Shown here: piece after piece, positions 62,701 through 64,000 of the stretch
How positions within the stretch are numbered: the stretch's first letter is position 1
Layout of the letters: each line of letters starts with the position of its first letter
Assembly: GCA_977017645.1 (NCBI GenBank)
Contig: OZ360231.1
Location: forward strand, 19,220,001 to 19,284,000
Reading direction: 5' to 3'
Length of the DNA stretch: 64,000 bases
Origin: Torpedo marmorata
Taxonomy: Eukaryota
Made by a program: the position numbers and the translations under genes
The notes under the pieces: generated by a model
The model's database searches: none
What the model saw: only the letters and a program-made list of their open reading frames with translations
What the model was told of the DNA's origin: nothing

Positions 62701-64000
62701 AGGGGAGGGTGTGTGATGGAGGGTAGGGTGTGTGTGATGGAGGGGAGGGTGTGTGTGATGGAGGAGAGGGTGTGTGTGATGGAGGGGAGGGTGTGTGATG
62801 GAGGGTAGGGTGTGTGTGATGGAGGGGAGGGTGTGTGTGATGGAGGGGAGGGTGTGTGTGATGGAGGGGAGGGTGTGTGTGATGGGGAGGGTGTGTGTGA
62901 TGGAGGGGAGGGGTGTGTGTGATGGAGTTGATGGAGGGGAAGGTGTGTGTGATGGAGGGTAGGGTGTGTGTGATAGAGGGGAGGGGTGTGTGATGGAGGG
63001 TAGGGTGTGTGTGATGGAGGGGAGGGTGTGTGTGATGGAGGGGAGGGTGTGTGTGATGGGGAGGGTGTGTGTGATGGAGGGGAGGGGTGTGTGTGATGGA
63101 GTTGATGGAGGGGAGGGTGTGTGTGATGGAGTTGATGGAGGGGAAGTTGTGTGTGATGGAGGGGAGGGGTGTGTGTGATGGAGGGGAGGGTGTGTGTGAT
63201 GGAGGGGAGGGTGTGTGTGATGGGGAGGGTGTGTGTGATGGAGGGGAGGGGTGTGTGTGATGGAGGGGAGGGTGTGTGTGATGGGGATGGTGTGTGTGAT
63301 GGAGGGGAGGGGTGTGTGTGATGGAGTTGATGGAGGGGAGGGGTGTGTGTGATGGAGTTGACGGAGGGGAAGGTGTGTGTGATGGAGGGGAGGGGTGTGT
63401 GTGATGGAGGGGAGGGGTGTGTGTGATGGAGGGGAGGGTGTGTGTGATGGAGGGGAGGGATGTGTGTGATGGAGGGTAGGGTGTGTGTGATGGAGGGGAG
63501 GGTGTGTGTGATGGAGGGAAGGGTGTGTGATGGAGGGGAGGGTGTGTGTGATGGAGGGGAGGGTGTGTGTGATGGAGGGGAGGGTGTGTGTGATGGGGAG
63601 GGTGTGTGTGATGGAGGGGAGGGGTGTGTGTGATGGATTTGATGGAGGGGAGGGTGTGTGTGATGGAGTTGATGGAGGGGAAGGTGTGTGTGATGGAGGG
63701 TAGGGTGTGTGTGATGGAGGGGAGGGGTGTGTGATGGAGGGTAGGGTGTGTGTGATGGAGGGGAGGGGTGTGTGATGGAGGGTAGGGTGTGTGTGATGGA
63801 GGGGAGGGTGTGTGTGATGGGGAGGGTGTGTGTGATGGAGGGGAGGGGTGTGTGTGATGGAGTTGATGGAGGGGAGGGTGTGTGTGATGGAGTTGATGGA
63901 GGGGAAGGTGTGTGTGATGGAGTTGATGGAGGGGAGGGTGTGTGTGATGGAGGGGAGGGTGTGTGTGATGGAGGGGAGGGTGTGTGTGATGGGGAGGGTG
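56730..64000. repeat. G-rich satellite, core 21-bp GATGGAGGGGAGGGTGTGTGT with 18/22/30-bp variants; runs off the window
   Basis: More than 7 kb of tandem units, almost no C on the + strand. Confidence 0.97.

Overview
Vertebrate genomic DNA, most likely from a cartilaginous fish (shark or ray), judging by the CR1/HER1 LINEs, HE1-like V-SINEs, Rex1/Babar and Penelope repeats. The window lies inside a + strand roundabout gene of ROBO2 type. Three constitutive Ig-domain exons with canonical AG/GT ends and compatible phases lie at 17112-17239, 38530-38654 and 51145-51316. A 12-nt frame-preserving microexon (26781-26792, adds AHPV) is missed by the ORF track; it matches the Nova-regulated exon 6b of mammalian Robo2 and has a full set of neural-microexon cis-elements. 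The introns are dense with nested retroelements (CR1, Rex1/Babar, L1, Gypsy, Penelope, V-SINE) and small DNA-transposon MITEs. Other notable items: a ~3 kb 33-bp minisatellite expanded from CR1 coding sequence with a 516-bp higher-order period; two independent 357-bp solo LTRs bracketing the microexon; Penelope-derived palindromes with hammerhead-ribozyme-like motifs; a 257-N assembly gap; and over 8 kb of TG- and G-rich satellite at the right end. Most listed ORFs are TE remnants or repeat artefacts. Family names come from motif recognition, not database searches, and TE boundaries without TSDs are approximate.
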